A DNA stretch of 64,000 nt from Psammoneis japonica (GCA_008632985.1 QPGO01000055.1:349100-413099), one strand, 5' to 3'; counted from the first letter of the stretch, positions 11,237 through 25,400 are shown. Made by a program: numbers and translations. The notes: a model not told the origin generated them from the letters alone.

Positions 11237-13875
11237 CGACGAAATTCCCCACATTGATCGCTTTCGCAATGTGTTTGTCAAACCCCTGAATGATGTTGTA
11301 ACAAACTTTGTCGCTCCGGTGCATTCGAAAACGGCGTCGCAAAAAACAAAATTGCACGTGGCGCTCAAGGACAATTTTGTTTATCTGCATCTCGACAAAA
11401 AGACGCGAGACGTACTCGTCCATGCCATGGAACTCATTTCGGTACCGAAGGGGCACGTGATTATAAAGCAGGGTGATATTGGGGATTACTTTTACATTGT
11501 AGAGCATGGGACTGTGCAATTTACAGTGGATGGGAAAGACGTTGGTACAGGATCTGGCGGAAATGCCTTTGGTGAGCTCGCCCTGCTTCATGATACGCCT
11601 CGTGCGGCAACCGTCACGGCTGTCACGTCTTGTACTCTGTGGAGAGTGAGTCAAGACGTGGTGAGGCAACTCCGCCGGAAAATGGCATTGGAACACCAAC
11701 AAACAGCCCGAGAATGCGTCGACAAGGTCTACTTTTGGAAAGACTTGGCCGAACAGGACAAGGAGCGGATTGCAAGTGCCTTGGAAATGAAACACTTTGC
11801 TGCCAATGATGTACTGATCCACAAGGGTACTGTGTGTGACGGACTCGTTATTATTCAACAAGGTACCATCAAGACAGTCAATGTGTCGATTGGTGATACC
11901 AAGGTACAGGACTTGACCTTTGGTTGTAATGAAGTCTTTGGACAAAATCTTATTCAAGACGAAAAGCTCTGGCCAGGCGACGCAAGGGCACTCACAGACG
12001 GAGTCATGTTTTACCTTTCACGCGACAACTTTATCAAGTTGGTGGGTGGACTCGATCTAGACAAGCTTATTGCCAAGAGCTTGCATAAGCGCATGCTGGT
12101 ACGTCTTTAATACCGTCTCGTTCTTGTGTGTTTTGTTTATACTCTAATCTATTTTTATAGATACTCACATGATGCTTAACATATATTGGTGCACTAAATC
12201 GATAGCAAGCAACGGACCTCTTTCGCAATTCCAATGTGGACGACGTTGAGATGGATTCAATTGTGGATCGAATCAAAACTGTCCACTATGAAAACAAGCA
12301 CGTCTTTTTCCGACAAGGCAAGGTCGTGACGCATCCAACGATTTACATTGTCATTTCGGGAACCGTCTCGGTATCCACAAATAATTTGTTAGGCGGAACG
12401 ACAAAGATTCTCGAATCAAACAACATGTTTGGACACGAAGAACTGGTACCAGAAACAAAAGGAGAACCCAGAAAAGCGACACATACCATTGCTGCGGCTC
12501 AAGACGTGACCATGGGTGTCTTGACTCTGGAGGATATCGAAAGGGTCATTTTGGATCAAGCAAGACTGGGAAGAAAGATCGAAGAGGCACCTACCAAACA
12601 TGGATATTCGATTCAACTCGATTCCTTGGAAATGCTCAAACTACTTGGAGCTGGTACCTTTGGACAAGTGTGGCTAGTTTGTGAAAGTGACAACCCAAAT
12701 ATTGGCCGCAACAAAAAACTATTCGTCAAGAAGGCAACGCCAAATAGTAATAGCAGCCAACTAGCAGGCAAAGCGACATATGCGCTCAAGGTCCAATACA
12801 AGCGTGACATACTGAAATACAACCAAGTAACGGGAGTGCTGGAGGAAAAGGCAATTATGCAAAAGATGAATCATCCCTTTGTCATGCGTCTACTCAATTC
12901 GTACAAGGACGATGAGTGCCTGTACATGCTGGTTAATCTATTTCAAGGCGGAGAGCTGTCTAGTATTATTCATACACATGAATTTGACGGCATTCTCGAG
13001 GATGAGGTTGTCTTTTATGCCGCGGGAGTATTTGAGGGGCTAAGCTACATGCATCGTCAAGGCATCATTCATCGAGATATAAAAGGTGAAAATTGCATGC
13101 TGGATAGTGATGGTTATTGTGTTTTAATCGATCTTGGTTTTGGTGAGTTTTATGCGGATATTAGTTGGCGGCAGAGGGATAGCTACTCTCTTTGAAATAT
13201 CGTGAAATGTCTTCTCACGTTGTTTTGCTCGTCGCGACGATTTTCAAACAGCAACGGAGGTAGAGGGTAAGACCTATACCTTTTGTGGTACTCCAGTCTA
13301 CATGGCCCCCGAGGTAATATTGGGCGAAGGTAAGTACTCTAGCTTGTTGAGTCTTTGGTATGATTCCTTTGTTGGTCACGTCTTGTGGTTCACATTGTTA
13401 ATAACTCAGTAATATTTCAAATGGATGCAACTTAGGACACAATCATGGTGCCGATTTGTGGAGTCTCGGGGTTCTCATCTACGACATGATTGTTGGATAC
13501 ACTCCATTCTACCTTCCTGGAATGTCGCATGTGGACTTGTACCAGCAGATTGTGACGGCCAAGTACAAGTTTCCAACCAACTTGGACATTTCGCAAGAAG
13601 CAAAAGACTTGATTGGCAACTTGCTTACTCCAAAGCCGTCGTTGCGCATTGGATGTTTGTCACGAGGAGAACTCGATATTAGAGACCATGCTTGGTTCTT
13701 AGATATGGACTTTGGTAAACTGTTTCGCAAAGAGCTTCAAGCACCGTGGACCCCCAACGTTAAGGGCCCGTTTGATGTTTCCAAGTTTGACGCTTCTTGG
13801 TCCAAGCTAGAGAAGCATACGAAGAAGCGATCTCCGCTTTCGAATTCGGAGCAAAGGTATTTTAATGAGTTCTAG
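11193..13875 (+). CDS. cGMP/cAMP-dependent protein kinase-like protein (three cNMP-binding domains plus AGC kinase domain)
   Basis: Introns at 12099-12205, 13143-13251 and 13330-13435. cNMP motifs include IIKQGDIGDYFYIVE and FGELALLHDTPRAATV. Kinase motifs: LGAGTFGQV, HRDIKGEN, DLG, GTPVYMAPE, DLWSLGV. The 5' start is uncertain because ATG 11193 is followed by an in-frame TGA at 11220-11222. Confidence 0.85.
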
Positions 13876-14169
13876 AGAGTAACGTAGTTCCTATTTGTAA
13901 AAGAACTGCTCGCATTTTTGTTGTAGACTCTTATATTCACACTGAGAGGCTACACATCTCCCCCCTGCCATGTATGAATACGCTGATCCTCCTCTTGTGC
14001 AATGCATACGTCACAACAGCTGCTCTATTCTTGCTTGTCCCGCGGCTGACGGCTGACGCGGGTAGTTTTGGTCGCGCGACAGTATACGATCTCAGCATTC
14101 TTCCTTTCTGTGTCGACAACAATCTCTACTCTGATGAAGACCTCTACTGGTAGTAGAACATAAGCAGCG

Positions 14170-15039
14170 ATGGGGAATGCACCTCTCTCGAGTCCACCAC
14201 GGCCTTCAGCGCACAGGGTCGTGATGCCGATCATGACCAAGAGGAGATTTGGAACGAAATTGTCAATACTTCCACTTTTTCGGTATGATGATCCCGCGAC
14301 TGAAAGTGCGGGAAGTGGCGTCAGCCTGACTACTGCAAGTACGAGTGCTTCTCGGTCGACGACGGCTCAAACCTCCAACACAAGCTCTCCAGACAATAAT
14401 GTCGTGGTTATGGATAGCGGCTGTGACTTGCATGATGAATCGTTTCCAAAGCAATTTAACACCGGCCCGATTTCTCGTGAAGAATACAATGAGAAAATGC
14501 AGCAACTCACAGAACGCTTGGACGAGTGGAAAGGCGGAAGAGCGACTGTTGCCATTCTAAGCATTGCCTTGTTTATTCTTGTTGCCTTTTTTGCGGCCTA
14601 CTTTACTCCACATTTTTGGAGCAGCCCGCTTTTTGACCATCCTGGGTACATTACAGCCATGGCTGTGACCATTATTTCTGTTTTTTCCCTCCTCTATCGA
14701 TATGCACGTCGGGAATCGCAGAAGCTAATGGCAGACGTGGAAGACTTGTATCGACCCTGGAGAGGCCGAGGCGTCCACGTAACAATGAAACAATGTGCGA
14801 ATGTTGCCCAATCCATCCCATATGTACAGCGTTCATCAAGAGCAATACATGGAGGAGCGCAACCCACCTCTGGGTCAAATTGTTATTGCATCGTCATGAC
14901 ACTTATCGATGAAAACGAGGAAGATGCACAAGAAGATATTAGTATAGGAACGATCATGACTGACGACAGCCGCGAGAGTGGAAGCGGCGACGAAGTAAAC
15001 GAGGAAGGAGAGGTGAATGTCGCTGATGATGTCGTTTAG
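14170..15039 (+). CDS. Hypothetical two-TM membrane protein (289 aa) with acidic tail
   Basis: Long ORF with normal composition, two hydrophobic segments (VAILSIALFILVAFFAAYF and ITAMAVTIISVFSLLY) and a D/E-rich C-terminus. Confidence 0.6.
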   Translation: MGNAPLSSPPRPSAHRVVMPIMTKRRFGTKLSILPLFRYDDPATESAGSGVSLTTASTSASRSTTAQTSNTSSPDNNVVVMDSGCDLHDESFPKQFNTGPISREEYNEKMQQLTERLDEWKGGRATVAILSIALFILVAFFAAYFTPHFWSSPLFDHPGYITAMAVTIISVFSLLYRYARRESQKLMADVEDLYRPWRGRGVHVTMKQCANVAQSIPYVQRSSRAIHGGAQPTSGSNCYCIVMTLIDENEEDAQEDISIGTIMTDDSRESGSGDEVNEEGEVNVADDVV

Positions 15040-15529
15040 AAGTAGTGTGTTGCGTCGTTGCATAATACGTAAGTAGTAGCTTGGATTGACTGAAGCTTTT
15101 CGAGAAGCTCGAGCCATGACATCAAGAGCGTTGATTTTAAATGGTGCTGTTTATGTTGGATGTAAGAGCCTCGAGGGTATCCTTTGAAGGTACAAGCCCT
15201 TGATATGCTGTAGCCCTAAATCTGTACCAGACAGCGGATGCCATCTTTCACAAGAAAGAGAAAGCTGCTTGCACGAAGTTTTGCTCTCCGGAGATTGAAT
15301 AAAACTCCTCTAGAGTATTTATCGATCAAGTGATTTGGCACGACGAGGCGTTGGCATCGTGGAAGCGAATTTACCAGCAAGAACAAGTTAGCATTTCCAA
15401 CTATGACGTAGAGAGGAATAGAGACCCAATTCTTGTTAGCATTCAAAACGACGTACACGCTTTAATTCAAGCTTATGGAATGCCGTATCGCTGTCTACAT
15501 TTCTAACTCTGTCGTAGTTGAAACGACTA

Positions 15530-18500
15530 GTTGGCACCATGCATGCTGAGCCATCCGATGACCCAACTGTGTCGCACCGGCGTGAAGGGTGCTGTCGAAT
15601 CCCGTTGCGGAAATTTCCAGTGTGGCAGCGAATGGCTCAGGTTGCACTTTTGATTTCTCTCCAGCAGAAGATGAGTTGGGCTGGGCTCATTGATTGGCAC
15701 TGTGCCATGGGTTGAAAGAGCCAATTTTTCTTCCTGAGATGGAACAAAAAAACTTGTGATTTCAAGCCATGTTCCTGACATGGCAAAACATGCTCTCAGG
15801 CACCAGAGACAATGGCAAAAATGTGAAAGATGCAGTTCATGAATGCCCAACAATTGCTGCACGTGTTGTGGCTCTGACACTTTAACAAATGTCAAACATT
15901 TGCATGTGTGAAGCCAGGGCAGCTTGATGCAATTTATGGAAAAAGAGACATGCAGACAAACGCAGACGGGTCTCATTTGAATCAGCCAGTGAAGGGAAAT
16001 CTGCTGCACCAACTCAGAACCAAACTTGCTTCTGCAATGGGGGATGACTCACTCATGACACACACTCATTGCTTGTGCCAGCAAATTCTGAGGGAGTTCT
16101 GAGTTGCACAAGTTCAGAGCAGCCACCATGCACCCGTGGCTGCACCAGCACCCTGGCAATCATCAAGGTCTCTGATGCGCCTCACACCAGAACTCCTTCA
16201 AGCAACAAGAAAGCCATTCCTTTGGTGACATCTTGACATGTCTTTGCTCTTCATCATAGAAATGGATGTCTGAGCTTGATGCAAAAGTTCTTCACACTGG
16301 CACGGAGTGCTCTTTTGCACCGTTTTGCAGCTCATCCTGGGAAAGGCAAGTGAGCGTCAATGTGGGAGCTGCGGCAAACCCTGCATCTGGATGGCTGTGG
16401 TCCTGCTGGCATGACAGTGGCCCCCATCTAGCTCTGTGCTTGCTCTGCAACACTGGCGAAGGCAGTTTTGTGAATTTTTTGATGATGCACTTCGATGTTG
16501 TTGAAAGCCAGTGTTTCTTGGTGAAACAAACAAGCAGGGCCACCTGGCTTGTTTGGCCCACATGGAAGCATTCAAACAACTGTGCCTGTGGCTTTGTTCA
16601 TGACAAGAGTTGCTCCTTTCCTTGCAAAAGAATCAATGCTGACTTTAAAGAACACTCTGAATCAGCGTGCCACAAGCCTTGACACCAGCCATTGACATGT
16701 TGTCAACATCTCTTTGTTGCACTCTCTTGTCACACAGCAAAGCTGCAGCCATGTCAACCTGTGCAACCACCTTCTTGCCATTGACTGCCTGTGATGTGCT
16801 TCAGGCCTGGGTGGGACTCCATGTGACATGTGACATGGGCCCACACAGTTCTGCACTCAAGCTTGGCAGCTCATGTGACTGCCATGCATTGAACTCATTT
16901 GTTGTCAACATCCAAATGCACTGCCAAGATTGTGCACTGTAGCTGTGCCTCTTTGCACTCACAATTTCTAGAAGCAAACAACATTTGAGAGGGGCTTTGT
17001 GTGAAAAAAAAATGACAAAAGTTGTTGAGTGTGTCACCCAACAATTGCGCTGCACAATCACACAAAACAGTGCCCAAGGCACCCAGAAATGCATGTGCAC
17101 AACATCTGGTGCATGTCAAAAAATGCCTGTGTTGCAGCCGCAGCAGTGCAAGGCCCCACCGACATTGGGTCTGCTGCTGATGCACCACTTTGCACACTGG
17201 CATTGTGGCAAATTCTGAAACAGCAGCAGGGGATCCCTCTGGCTTGGCACTTTGACATCTCTGGGTGCTTTCAGGGAGCATGCCACACAGCAAGAGTTGC
17301 CATTTTCATGCACAAGTGTCAGATTTCTGTGGAAAAAGTGATGGAAGAGGAAGGTTGCAAAAAGTCTGGCTTCAGCTTGCCAAAACAAATGCAGAAGTGA
17401 GAAAAGTGTTGTGCATTGTTTGCAGCAAGAATGAACCTACATCGCCGCAGCACCTGTGACAGCACAAGAGCATTTTGCTCATCCCAAGGACCTCTGCAGC
17501 ACTGCTGCTGCTTGTGTGGGAAAAAGTTGTGGCAACAACAGCCTTGGCAGTGCCCAGAGCACTGCTGGGTGGCAATGGCATTGCTGGCCCTTGCTTGCCA
17601 TCATTTGACAACAGCAAGAAGTTGAGGTTTTTGGAAACGCATCTTCCTGTTGCTTGTTTGCACAAAAGCCCTTGCTTGCAAGTGTGGTTTGCCATCTGGC
17701 ATTTAATTTGGCATGGCCACAAAAGATCAAAACAGCACAAACAGCACAAACAGCCCACACATCAACGTGCTGTCTGTCATCTTGTGTGACACAAAAATGA
17801 AGAAGAGTGGGAACCCAGTGCTGGGCCTGGGACACCACTGTGACAAACAAAGCCAGGATGACATCAGGCAGTCATTTTCCATCAGCACCACAACATTGCC
17901 AGGGGCTTTGAGGATGATGCAGACTTTTGTTCTGCAAGTGGGGCTGGCAATCATGATCTGTCAATGAATCAGAACAATCTCAAGCTGTGAAAAACAGGAC
18001 AAGCCAGCCTCTGCACCGCCAACTTGAAATCCAAATGATGGCAATTCATGCTTGAACATGCCCCCCCCCTTCTCTCAAAAAAATTTGCCACCCAATTAAT
18101 TCCCTTCTCTGGAGAGGAGAGAGCAGCTGAGTTTTTGAAAGTTTTGTGCTCCAGCCACCTGGTTTTGCTGCTGCCATTGTCCCCTTGGATGTCAAAGAAG
18201 GACAAAAGCTCAACCTGCATTTGTCAAGCAAGAAGCACTGGCAACAGAGAAAATGGAGGAGAAAACAACATGGGCCAAGCTTTTGTGGGTTTGTGCTGAT
18301 GTTGCAAAAGGACCACCAGTTGTTTTTGCCAGATTGCAAGGTTGTGCTTGCAGATGATGGCCCACATCAGCTGGGTGCAGCCACTTTGCTTGAGCTGAGT
18401 GGATTTTGTGGGTGGTGTGTTTTCCTTGTGGGCTTGCAGGGACTCAACCAACATGAGTGCTTTTTTTGGCTTTTGTTTTCCAGACAATGAAAAAGGAGCA

Positions 18501-20535
18501 AGTGGGTGTTTGGAAACCAAAGCCACATTGGTGGCAAGCTTGTTGTGAGCTTTGCCGCAGTTGGGGCTCTGTTGTCTCACAACACCATGAGCTCATCTTG
18601 TTTGTCAGTTGCATGCTCTCCTTTGCTTGTGTTGGTTTGCAAAGAAAGTGCGTCTGGAAAGGCATGTCAGTGTGGCTTGGAGATCACTGTCCAATGAACA
18701 ACTCCACTCCAGCAAGCTCAAGGGGCATTCTTTGTCAGACAACACACAGCGCTGCACCCCCTCCTTGCTGCATCAGATGCACTCCAGCTCTGGGTGGGAC
18801 CTCATGCTGTGACGTTGGCATTTTTTTAGATGCACTCCACGTCACTCGTGCTCATTTCTGCATGACTTTGGTGGCATTTTGTGCCCTTGCTCTGTGGTGC
18901 AATCACTGGGCTGTTCTCCATTCAACAAATCTTGGCACCATTTTGTGCAGGTGAGACAGATTTTTAAAAGCTGTGAGTGCCAACAAAAACTGCAGCTGTG
19001 CTGCAAAGTTGGCCCCTCACTCAGGTGTTGAGAACAACTCACTTTTTGACCAGTGTGTCAAAACAATGCAGAGCTCACACGTGGATTTCTGTGAGCGCCA
19101 ATGTCACAAACAGCTCAGTTGAGGGCATGGAACATGCCACAATTGGCAAGGCCCTCAAAACACATTGCTCAAGGAAGCTCTGGTTGTTGCAAAGTGTGGG
19201 GGTCACTCCACATTGAGGTGCTTTGTGAGCAGAGCTGCCAGCATCTGAGCTGACAACATTGCTCTCCTCAAAATCATGAGAGTTGTTGTGAGCAATGACA
19301 AACCTTGAGCACCAAGTGCCTTTCACAACCACAGCCATCTAGAAGCCCAATTTCTTTGACTCTGCCGCAACTCAAACTTTGCTCTTGTGTCTCTGTCAGC
19401 AGGCAGTCTGAGGGCTTGCTCACCTTGACAAAGAGTTTGAAGTTGTCAACTCTTTTTTCCAATGCAAAAAAGACACAGGGTTGCCTCCAAACTCCTGAAA
19501 AAGGGCCACATGAGAGAAAAACTTTGAGCTCATCTCCAAGTGCACACAAAAGTGCCCTCTTGAGCATGCAAATCTTGTTTGTTGTGCAGCCAACATTGTG
19601 ACGTTCTAGCATGAGCTATAATTTGGCAATCAGGGGCAAGCTCTGTTTTCATGGGTTCTTCATCACAGCTGTCAACAAACTGCTCCAATGTCCCAGTGGT
19701 CAATGAGCTTTTTTTTCAAGTGCCAGTCAGAGAGTTGAGTGCTGCAACCAAGATTTTTGTTTGTCATCAAGACATGTGACAACACAACAACTTGATCTCA
19801 AGTCCAGGATGAGAGTGGGAAGAGATCAGTTGTTCTTTCATGTGTGCACCACTTGACAAGTTTTCCATGCCAAGTGGCTTGCAAAAGGAGAGTTGTTTTC
19901 CAACCTCAATGGAGAAATGCACAATGAACAAAACCCTTTGCATTTGCTTTTCCTCTCAAAATTGTTCAACTCATGCAAGGCCGCCATCATGGGCATGACA
20001 TGGCCAACATTTTGTGGTGCATCATCCAATCCTTGAAATGCACTCCAATGACTTGCAAGTCCCAAGTGATTGCTGGTCTGCCTGAGTTGCTGCCAGCATT
20101 GATTGCAGCATTTTGGCTTGAATTGCTGGCATGCACACCAAGGCTTGTGAGCATTTTTGTGTTTCAATGTAACTTGTCACACACTTGGCATGACACTCAC
20201 AGCAAATCACCACCTGTGGGACACCCCAGAACTCCACATTGTCTTGCAGCAGAGCCAGCAAAGGACCAAATTCAAGTGGCTCCAGGTTGTTTTGGAAGAA
20301 GAAAATCCTCATGTTCTGCACATGACAAGGCCAAATTGCACCAGTTGTTGCAAGCAGTTTTTGCAACAGCTTGAAATTCCAGTTTGTCACCACCACACTG
20401 GACTTGCTCTGTGCTGGCATGCTTGACCATGTGGGCATGAGCCGTGGTTGTCCCATGCAGATCTGTGTCGACTTGAGGAGCTCCACCACGATGTTCGTCT
20501 GTCGCTGTTGTCGCATGGCAAGCATTCAATCTCCA
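15530..20535. mobile_element. Old hypermutated repeat or TE-derived block (TpA- and CpG-depleted); family not identifiable
   Basis: By eye, 2 TpA and 4 CpG in 17401-18000 against about 26 TpA in host coding 1381-1980. Dense spurious Cys/His-rich ORFs. TE origin is inferred only by analogy with the Harbinger element at the window end. Confidence 0.55.
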
Positions 20536-21622
20536 TATAATTAACAATCAAAAACACTAGGCCCCTAGGAAGTACAGAAAGAAGATTCGCATCAATTATG
20601 GCGTGACTGACGATAACCTCATGCTCTCTTGTTGGCAAAAAGAGTCTTAAGTACCGTCTTGCTTCCTCGATAGGTTGTTTTCTGCAAAGGGTGTCTCGCA
20701 AGTAAGAACTCGTCGTATGGGCTTTGAGATTGGTAGAAAAAGCTTGAGCATTAAGTGATCGATCCCTGCATTTTGACTTGTATCGAACAGCTAGAGGGTG
20801 TATCGAAGTTAACAGTATGCCGCGAGAATCATATTTCTTGTGCATCTCAACGCTGCGTATCTTAGGACATCAGTGTGGCGTTCAGCAACTGCTTTTGAAG
20901 CATGAGGCTGGGTGGATCACGACGAATTTTTCACTTTTGTTACGAGCGAGTGTAAGCGTTGAATGATAACGATGCATTCTTGTTAGGCGAAGCTGCTACG
21001 ACAGCGTCTTTACCCTCTCTATCACGCTCAGAGTCTGGTTATCAGAAAGTTGGGCCGTTGTGGCGACGTAGGGTGTAGTAAGCCGGGATGGTTGCTCGAC
21101 GACAAGTCATCGACTACCAACCGGATAACACTTCCACAGCGCCTGTGCCACAAGCCCAACGATCCACACTCCCCTACCTTCTGTACCGTAGCGAGATCCA
21201 TGTTGAGCAAAATACGGCCTGAATGGTTTAACCTTGTGCCTGACTGCAAGAGACCCATGCTCTACTAAGTACCCATATCATTCCTTGGTTACAAAGGTCA
21301 AGCCCCCCTAGAGATCTCTCAGCGATACCCATCAACCGTTCGCCACATTGTCTTGATCTCTCGTGCGAGCAGGCTCCCATCAAACTGTCGTACATGATAC
21401 TGTTTGAAGAAGTGGGTCGCGTGGTTCCAGCAATGTGACGTACTATGAAGCATTGTACTGCTAGCGCAAAAGACTTTGCCGCAAGTCTCTTCTATGTAAG
21501 CCAAGCTCCGTTTCTGTCAAGCTTGTGTCTTTCCTCAACCATCGCAGTGCGTTCTAAGCCGAGCGATGGGCACATGAATTGTTTCGAGGCGATCTCAAAC
21601 TGAGTAAAGATAAGGGATCAAG

Positions 21623-22195
21623 CTAGTTCCATATCGTGTAGTCAAGGACAGCGAGAGGCAATCCACGATCAAAATCTTGGTTCCATTTCGTTGGTATGCG
21701 GGCAACCAACTGCTCCGGTCCGAATTCAACTTGTTGTTCTTCCTGAACGCAAAACTCGAGATTGGAATCCTCGTCTTTCCCCTCTCTTTTGGAGAGTGCC
21801 ACTGCTCGAATCACGTCGTGCTCACAATTATGAGTCCACACGATTTGTATATTTTCTACCCGAGCAAAGCGAAAGGCTGCTGGTGATCCATCTCCAACCT
21901 CAACCCCATCAACGGTCCAGGTCCCCGTTTGATAGACGACAACATCACCCTCTTCAAGACAAGCAGATAGGTGCATGTCGCCACGACCAAACAGACTTTC
22001 GTCTGACTGTAACTCAACGCTTGGCTCCTGATTGTCATATTGTAAAGAAGACAGAACTCGTACTGATGATGGGATGACCTGTCGATCTACTGGGTTCACA
22101 GGTACCGCAGAAAATGCTGACGAACTTTGAACGATAAGTGGCAAGCAGCAGAGGAGCGATAAAACAGGCAGCTGAAGTAAGATTGAAGGTGACAT
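21623..22195 (-). CDS. Hypothetical protein (about 190 aa), probably plastid-targeted
   Basis: Start MSPSILLQLPVLSLLCCLPLIVQSSSAFSAVP resembles a signal peptide plus an ASAFAP-like motif. Globular region LFGRGDMHLSACLEEGDVVVYQTGTW; normal TpA content. Confidence 0.7.
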   Translation of the reverse strand: MSPSILLQLPVLSLLCCLPLIVQSSSAFSAVPVNPVDRQVIPSSVRVLSSLQYDNQEPSVELQSDESLFGRGDMHLSACLEEGDVVVYQTGTWTVDGVEVGDGSPAAFRFARVENIQIVWTHNCEHDVIRAVALSKREGKDEDSNLEFCVQEEQQVEFGPEQLVARIPTKWNQDFDRGLPLAVLDYTIWN

Positions 22196-22439
22196 GATGC
22201 GGATAAGAGTACCTGTAACGGTATCGACAAGCGACAACGTGCACGGCATGCGAAGCCCCTGCGAAAGCCGAGCGCCATGCGCCATCGCCAGCTATGATGT
22301 GTGATGTGGCACAGGACGCGTGCGCTGTGGGGGGTGCGCGCCCTGTGATGAACGTCTCGAGAAAATGGGGGACATGCGCACTGCCACAGTAAGAAACTGT
22401 TCCACGACGATAAATTCCTGTCAAGTCTACTGCTTCTCC

Positions 22440-25400
22440 CCCCCCCCCCCTGTTCTCTCCACTGGCTTGCCACCTTTGTCGTCGGACGCCCACATGTTCT
22501 TGAGTTCCTCCAGAGCTTGCTTGAAATCCATTTTGGTGGGGTTCAAATCCACTCCTCTCAATTGTCTCGGATCTTCATGGCTCATTGCACACAGCAAGAC
22601 ATGGATGAAAGATGGCTTGCATCTGGGTTCCAGACAGAGACAAGGTGGTCCTGTGGTGCATGCAGAATGGTCTGAAACACTTCAAAGTGAGTGTGTTGGG
22701 TGGAACAGGGATTCAAGAAGCAACAGATGTGTTGGTGGAGCTTGCTCTAGAATCAGATGAGCCATGATGAGAGCAAGAACAAGATCAAGCGGGGCAGCAG
22801 AGCTGCTGCGCTCTCCACCACAATGGCGTTGATGGCCGAGCTTGTCACCAACTTCAAACCAGCCCACATCATCCAAAGCCATTTGTTTTTCCAAGTCTGG
22901 CTGAGACATTGGGAGCGCAAGTTGACATCTGTGCCAAAAGGTCATGGGCATGCAATGGATCAAGAGCATGCTGAGCATCTGCAAAGGTGGCTGTTCTTCT
23001 TCAACAACATTGTTGCGCACCTTGTTCAACATGCAATTGACCATTGGTGCATCGGGAAGCAAGACGTGATGATGCAATCTGCAGAGGCTTTTGCACATGC
23101 AATGATTTAAAAAATTCAGAAACTCGCACGCAGCTTGGTCCTCTCCCCACTCTCCAAGACACACATCTTTGACTGCTTGGCAAGAACAGCCTTCTTCCAA
23201 GCTGCGGCACACCTCAACATCCCACAACAAAATGCATCACAACAAACCAACAAGCGTGCTGATGCCATGTGCCCAGTCCCTTCTGTGGACTCAACTGGCT
23301 GTGCAGTTGCTGTGACCAGCCCTGAGAGCTCACAACTGCAAGCATGCCTGGCACATCATTGTGGATTGTGTCTCCATGTGCATGTCACCACAAGAGAAAA
23401 ATGGTGGCCACTCCATTTCCAGTCATTTTCAAATCACTGGTTGCACCCATTGTTGTGATTGTCCCTTGGCGATGATGATTTCTCCTTTGCTGGGCTGAAG
23501 GCACTCTTCTTGCCAGTGTGCTTGCAGGGCGCAATCATGACCATGTCATTTTTGTCATGTGATTTTGACACAGATTTTCTTGCATGGACAGATCAGTGCA
23601 AAAAGAAGGAGAAGCTGCACAGCGACAAGCAAGATCATCAGCTCTCAAGTCATTGTGCCTGCAGCAACAGTGCTCTTGGTGGCAGCAGTGGTCATGGCAG
23701 CATTGGAGCAGGTTTCAACAGCACTGGAGTGGGGTGGCAATGATCATGGCAGAGGTGATGGTGGTGGTCATGGGAGTGATGGCAGCATTGTTCAAGGCAG
23801 CGAGGCAGCAGTGGTTGCAGGAGAGGGCAGAGGCAGTCTTGGGAGCAGGTGGTGGTGGTCATGGCTGGTGGCACCAGTTGTGACAGTGGCTGCACCAGGG
23901 GAAACAGCATTGGTGGCTGTGATGGTGCTGTTCATGCTGGGGTTGTTGAAAAGTGGTGGTGGCCGCAGAGGAAGTTTCAGCACCAGAGTTGGTGGTGTCA
24001 GGCAGAGGCAGTGGTTGTGGTGATGGTGGCAGCACTGCTCTGGGGGGGGGGCAGCAGAGTGCTCAGGTGGTGGTCGCAGCTTCAACATTGCCAGAGCAGG
24101 TGACAGAGGTGAGGGCAAAGCTTTGAATGGCTGGCCCAGTGCTGGTGGAAGTGTGGCTGTGGCACTTGTGCTGTCAGGAGAGGCCAAGCTTGGAGAGGCT
24201 GAAGTGGCAGCATGTGCAAGGCTGCCCAAGGTGCCAACATGGGATGTGGTGTTGGCAGTTGATCTGGCAGCCAAGATGATGGCATGGCAGTGTGGCACAG
24301 TTTGTGCAGGGGCTGAAAGCAGCTGCATCATTGGTGGTGGCAGGTGGCGCTGTTCATGCTGGGGCTGATGATGAGTGCAGAGTCAGCAGCAGAGGTGGCG
24401 CTGGCGGTTGCAGCAAACCTGGCAGCAGCTTGTGTGTGAAGAGTTGGTGGCAGGGGCTTTTGACAACAATCTGTCAGCCAGTTGGAAATGAGCTGCAAGA
24501 AACAATGACTGAAAAATTTCTGTCTCCAGGCATCTCCAAGCTGTTGTGATGAATGCAAGACAACAAGGCCACCTTCCTGCCATTGTTGCTGGGAAGCAAG
24601 CGCAGAGTTGTGCAAAAGCTGGATGTGGCCATTCCACCAACGGATGGAGAGAAATCTCCATTTGAGAGCTGCACACAAACCACTGCCAATGGTTGTTCCT
24701 CCCTCTAGACAAGAGAGAGGAGTGCTGCAATTTTGAGAATTTTGCTTTGGTCCAACCCATCTTTTGAGCCTCTCACTCATTCCTCAAACCATGGTCAGGT
24801 CAATGGGGCTGACTCTTGTTCAAAGCAAGTGGGTTCATGATGAGTGACAGTGGAACATTCAAGAAACTGCCAATCTTGCTGACTCATGAATGTCTGGCAC
24901 CACACAACATGCTTTCAACCACAATTTTTGTTTTGAAATGTGGGCATCTTTCAACATCTGTGATGACCAAATGGCACCCAGCAACAGCAGAAGCTTTGGT
25001 GCTTCAATGTGGAAGAGCAGGTCCCATGTGTTTTCCAAAGCCATGCAGTGGATGCCATCAGCCTGACTTGTCTCCAACACCCGATTGACCCCCCGCTGAA
25101 CTCATTCCAAGGATGGCCTTCCTTTGTCAAAGCAGCCCAAATGATCCTTCATGTTTTGGGGTCATTCTTTGGCTCTGGATTTGATTGGTTTGGGAAATGT
25201 CATGCCCACAAGAGCCGTGACTTCCATTTCAGAACAGTCCTGGCAGCTGCACAATCACCCCCGTTGCAACCGCATCGTCAATGTTTTTGTGCAGTTGCTC
25301 TGCATGCATCTTGCATCTGTTTGGATTTGACAGACACCAAACATGTGATTGTGCACTGTTGCTGGCAATCTGAATGACTTCATAAATTGAAATGTGACTT

